64,000 bases of DNA, from positions 14,733 to 78,732 of the forward strand of contig JACOVG010000027.1 in assembly GCA_016177405.1 (NCBI GenBank), written 5' to 3'. This stretch comes from Candidatus Omnitrophota bacterium. Its GTDB lineage: Bacteria; Omnitrophota; Gorgyraeia; 1-14-0-20-64-10. Below are positions 58,418-64,000 of this stretch, piece after piece (position 1 is the first letter of the stretch; each line of letters begins with the position of its first letter). The translations under genes and the position numbers were made by a program. The notes below the pieces were generated by a model. That model was not told the DNA's origin, searched no databases, and worked only from the letters and a program-made list of their open reading frames with translations.

Positions 58418-58528
58418 GTGAATCGTGTCACAGTAACCTATTTGTTTCTTTTGGTGGTTGGGCTGATCGGGATCACGCTGACCTACTGGTCGCAGTACCG
58501 CCACCGGCACCAGCGCCACCGCCCCTGA
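58418..58528 (+). CDS. possible 36-aa single-TM peptide
   Basis: GAGGAG upstream, GTG start; MNRVTVTYLFLLVVGLIGITLTYWSQYRHRHQRHRP*. Confidence 0.3.
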   Translation: MNRVTVTYLFLLVVGLIGITLTYWSQYRHRHQRHRP

Positions 58529-58596
58529 TTTTCTTCCTCGCGGAAGCCCGCCTCTTTTCTTGCCCCAGGCTCCATCGGACGCTATAATCGTTCATC

Positions 58597-59701
58597 ATGC
58601 CAGAGACCATCACCGTGCAGCTTACGACCCTCCGCGAGACGCTCTCCAACCTGCGGAGGTATCTTTGACCTGGACCAAGCCGAGTCCAGGATAAAGGCCC
58701 TCGAGCAAGCCCTCGCCACTCCCGGCTTCTGGGACGACCCCTCCAAGGCCAACCCGACCATCCAGGAATTGAAGCGCCTCAAGTCCGTCTCCGAGCCTTG
58801 GGCCGCCTGCTGGCGCGAGCTTCAGACCCTGGAGGAATTGTCCGCCCTGATCGAGAAAGAGGACACCGCCTCCCTGGAGGATTTGAACCGCTCGATCGCC
58901 GCCCTGTCCAAGGAGGCCGCCGCCCTGGAGAGCAAGACCCTTTTCCGGGGGGAATCCGACCCCAGCAACGCCATCGTTTCGATCGCCGCCGGGGCCGGCG
59001 GCACCGAGAGCTGTGACTGGGTGTCGATGCTCTTTCGGATGTACAGCCGCTGGGCCGAGACCAGGGGGTTTGGGAAGCAGGTGATCGATTACCTGGCCGG
59101 GGAAGAGGCCGGGATCAAGTCGGTGACCGTTGAGATCCAGGGGGATTACGCCTTCGGCTGGCTGCAGGGGGAGGCGGGGGTGCACCGGCTGGTTCGGATC
59201 TCGCCGTTTGATTCCAACAAGAGGCGGCACACCTCCTTCGCGGCGGTGGATGTGATTCCGGAGATCCCCGACGACATCGCCGTGGACCTTCAAGAGAAGG
59301 ACCTTCGGATCGACGTCTACCGGGCCAGCGGCCCCGGCGGCCAGGGGGTCAACACCACCGACTCGGCCGTCCGGATCACCCACCTTCCCACCGGGCTCGT
59401 GGTTCAATGCCAGAACGAGCGCTCCCAGCACAAGAATAAGGCCTTCGCGATGAAGGTCTTAAGGGCCCGGCTCCACGAGCTGGAGCGCAAGCGCCGGGAG
59501 GAGGAGCTGGCCAGGCAGCACGAGAAGAAGCAGAAGATCGAATGGGGCTCCCAGATCCGCTCCTATGTCCTTCAGCCCTACCAGATGGTGAAGGACCACC
59601 GCACCGAGGTGGAGACCGGCAAGACCCAGGCGATCCTGAACGGGGAGGAGCTGGACATTTTCCTCGACGCGTATCTGCGGTGGAAGGCCCAAAGGAAATA
59701 A
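58597..59701 (+). CDS. prfB: peptide chain release factor 2 with programmed +1 frameshift
   Basis: ATG 58597 frame ends ...CGG AGG TAT CTT TGA C (58654-58669); +1 frame continues into SPF and GGQ motifs. Confidence 0.95.
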
Positions 59702-62493
<2,792 letters not shown>

Positions 62494-62512
<19 letters not shown>

Positions 62513-63906
62513 TTCTCGCCACCTCCCTTCTTCTTGTTCTGGCCTACCCGCCGTTTGACCTGGGGTGGCTGGCCTGGATCGCCCTGGTTCCGTGGCTTTT
62601 TTCCCTCGAGAAAGCAACCGCCCGGCAAGCCTTCCGGCGCAGTTACCTCGTGGGATTTCTTTTCTTCGGCGGGACGATCTGGTGGGTTGGCCACGTGACC
62701 ATCGTCGGCACCGTTCTTTTGGCGGCCGCTCTGGCGTTGTATTTCGGGCTCTGGGGCTGGCTCGCCCAAAAGTTTTTCTTACCGCTTACGGCTTACCGCT
62801 TACCGCTTTTTACCTTGCCGGCCTCCTGGGCGCTTGTGGAGTTCCTGCGCTCCAACCTCCTGACCGGTTTCGGGTGGAATCTCCTGGCCCACACCCAGTG
62901 GAACTGGCTGCCGCTCATTCAGATGGCCGACCTGACCGGCGCCTACGGGGTCTCCTTCCTCGTGGTGCTGGTGAATGTCGCGGTGTGGAGATTGCTTCGC
63001 CCGCCAAAGGCTGGTGGCGGGCTCGCAATGACGATAGCCCTGCCCGTTTTCTTACTCGCTGGAGCGTTAAGCTACGGGGCCGTCCGCTTGCACCAGCTTG
63101 ACCGTGCCCATTCTCCTTCTTTCCGGGTGGCGGTCCTGCAGGGCAACATCCCGCAATTTGAGAAATGGGATGAACAATTCGCCGAGTCGATCTGGCTGCG
63201 CTACGAGACCCTCACGTTGGAGGCGGCCCTGGGCCGGCCGGACCTGATCATTTGGCCCGAGACCTCGGTGCCGGGGTTCTTGGATGAGCCGGCCGTCAGG
63301 CAAAGACTCACGACGCTGGCCAGACTCGTGGAGACTCCTCTTCTCGTCGGGGTCCCGGCCGCTTCCGCCGACGGAAGCCGGTTCTTCAACCGGGCGCTCC
63401 TTGTCGATTCGCGGGGGGGGCTCACGGAGCATTACGACAAGCTCCACCTGGTTCCCTTCGGGGAGTATCTGCCTCTTACCCCGATCTTGGGCTGGCTGCG
63501 CCAGCTGGTCCTGATGGGCGACTTCTCCCCCGGGAGCCGGCATACCGTGTTTCGGCCGGCAAGCGCCCCGGTGCCGGATTTTTCGGTCTTGATCTGCTTC
63601 GAGGATCTCTTTCAGAGCCTGCCGCGCCGCTTTGTGAAGGAGGGGGCCCGGTGGCTGGTCGTGATCACCAACGACGCCTGGTTTGGGCGGTCGGCCGCCA
63701 GCCTCCAGCACCTCCAGGCCTCGGTCTTCAGGGCGGTGGAGTCGCGCGTCTGGGTGGTCCGGGCGGCCAACACCGGCTGGTCCGGCTTTGTTGACCCCTC
63801 CGGCCGCCGGCTGCCGTACCCCCGCCAGATTCCCCGTTTTGAGGCCGGTTTCGCCGAGGCCGATCTTGAGCTTTCCTTCCGTCGAGAAAGCCGATATAAT
63901 CGGTAA
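62494..63906 (+). CDS. lnt: apolipoprotein N-acyltransferase
   Basis: [37 protein letters not shown]. Confidence 0.93.
62778..62805 (+). repeat. heptamer tandem repeat (CTTACCG x4, one variant) inside lnt
   Basis: CTTACCG CTTACGG CTTACCG CTTACCG. Confidence 0.75.
62988..63032. repeat. RPE-like half element inserted in frame in lnt
   Basis: GAGATTGCTTCG...CTCGCAATGAC enclosing a GCCCGCCA/TGGCGGGC hairpin; encodes [15 protein letters not shown]. Confidence 0.65.
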
Positions 63907-63933
63907 TCTCGGCACCTTAACGCCGTTTCAAAA

Positions 63934-64000
63934 ATGGAAACGCTGGATCAGCTTATAAAACAACGCCTTACGAAGCTCGCGAAGGCGCGCAAAGCCGGCC
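63934..64000 (+). CDS. 5' end of a probable lysine--tRNA ligase (runs off the window)
   Basis: METLDQLIKQRLTKLAKARKAG resembles class II LysRS N-termini; TATAAT upstream; only 22 codons visible. Confidence 0.4.
   Translation, partial: METLDQLIKQRLTKLAKARKAG

Overview
High-GC bacterial chromosome segment from a diderm organism (BamD, LptE and Lnt present). The gene content and the large secreted multidomain proteins suggest a PVC-group organism, possibly Ca. Omnitrophota; this is inference, not established. Most of the window is housekeeping: a futalosine-menaquinone/heme/Rieske-cytochrome b/pentaheme cytochrome c/Tat superoperon (1-12 kb), two ATP-grasp ligases plus KamA, pabB-pabC-purH-folC, accA, tRNA-Leu/Ala, leuS, comEA/comEC, bamD-lptE-holA, murJ-uvrC, prfB (with +1 frameshift), secA and lnt. 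The standout is four dispersed + strand genes (24118, 28268, 37725, 54178) that share one architecture. Each has a signal peptide ending in small-x-A|LR, then xGLEE(A/V)L, then unrelated cargo domains separated at their boundaries by a (A/S/G/V)GLEE motif (19 copies counted). Cargoes include a sigma-70 factor with 5 XRE-HTH repeats, GNATs, TPR, a PPP-type phosphatase, Fic, a SAM methyltransferase, DUF89/ARMT1, WD40 and HATPase. Two of the genes end in the same ~150-aa C-terminal domain and two carry paralogous GNAT modules. This looks like a modular, shuffled, exported polyprotein (effector cassette) system. Also seen: a palindromic RPE-like element inserted in frame in leuS and lnt, heptamer microrepeats in three envelope genes, a frameshifted ORF6N copy, and small ORFs missed by the ORF track.
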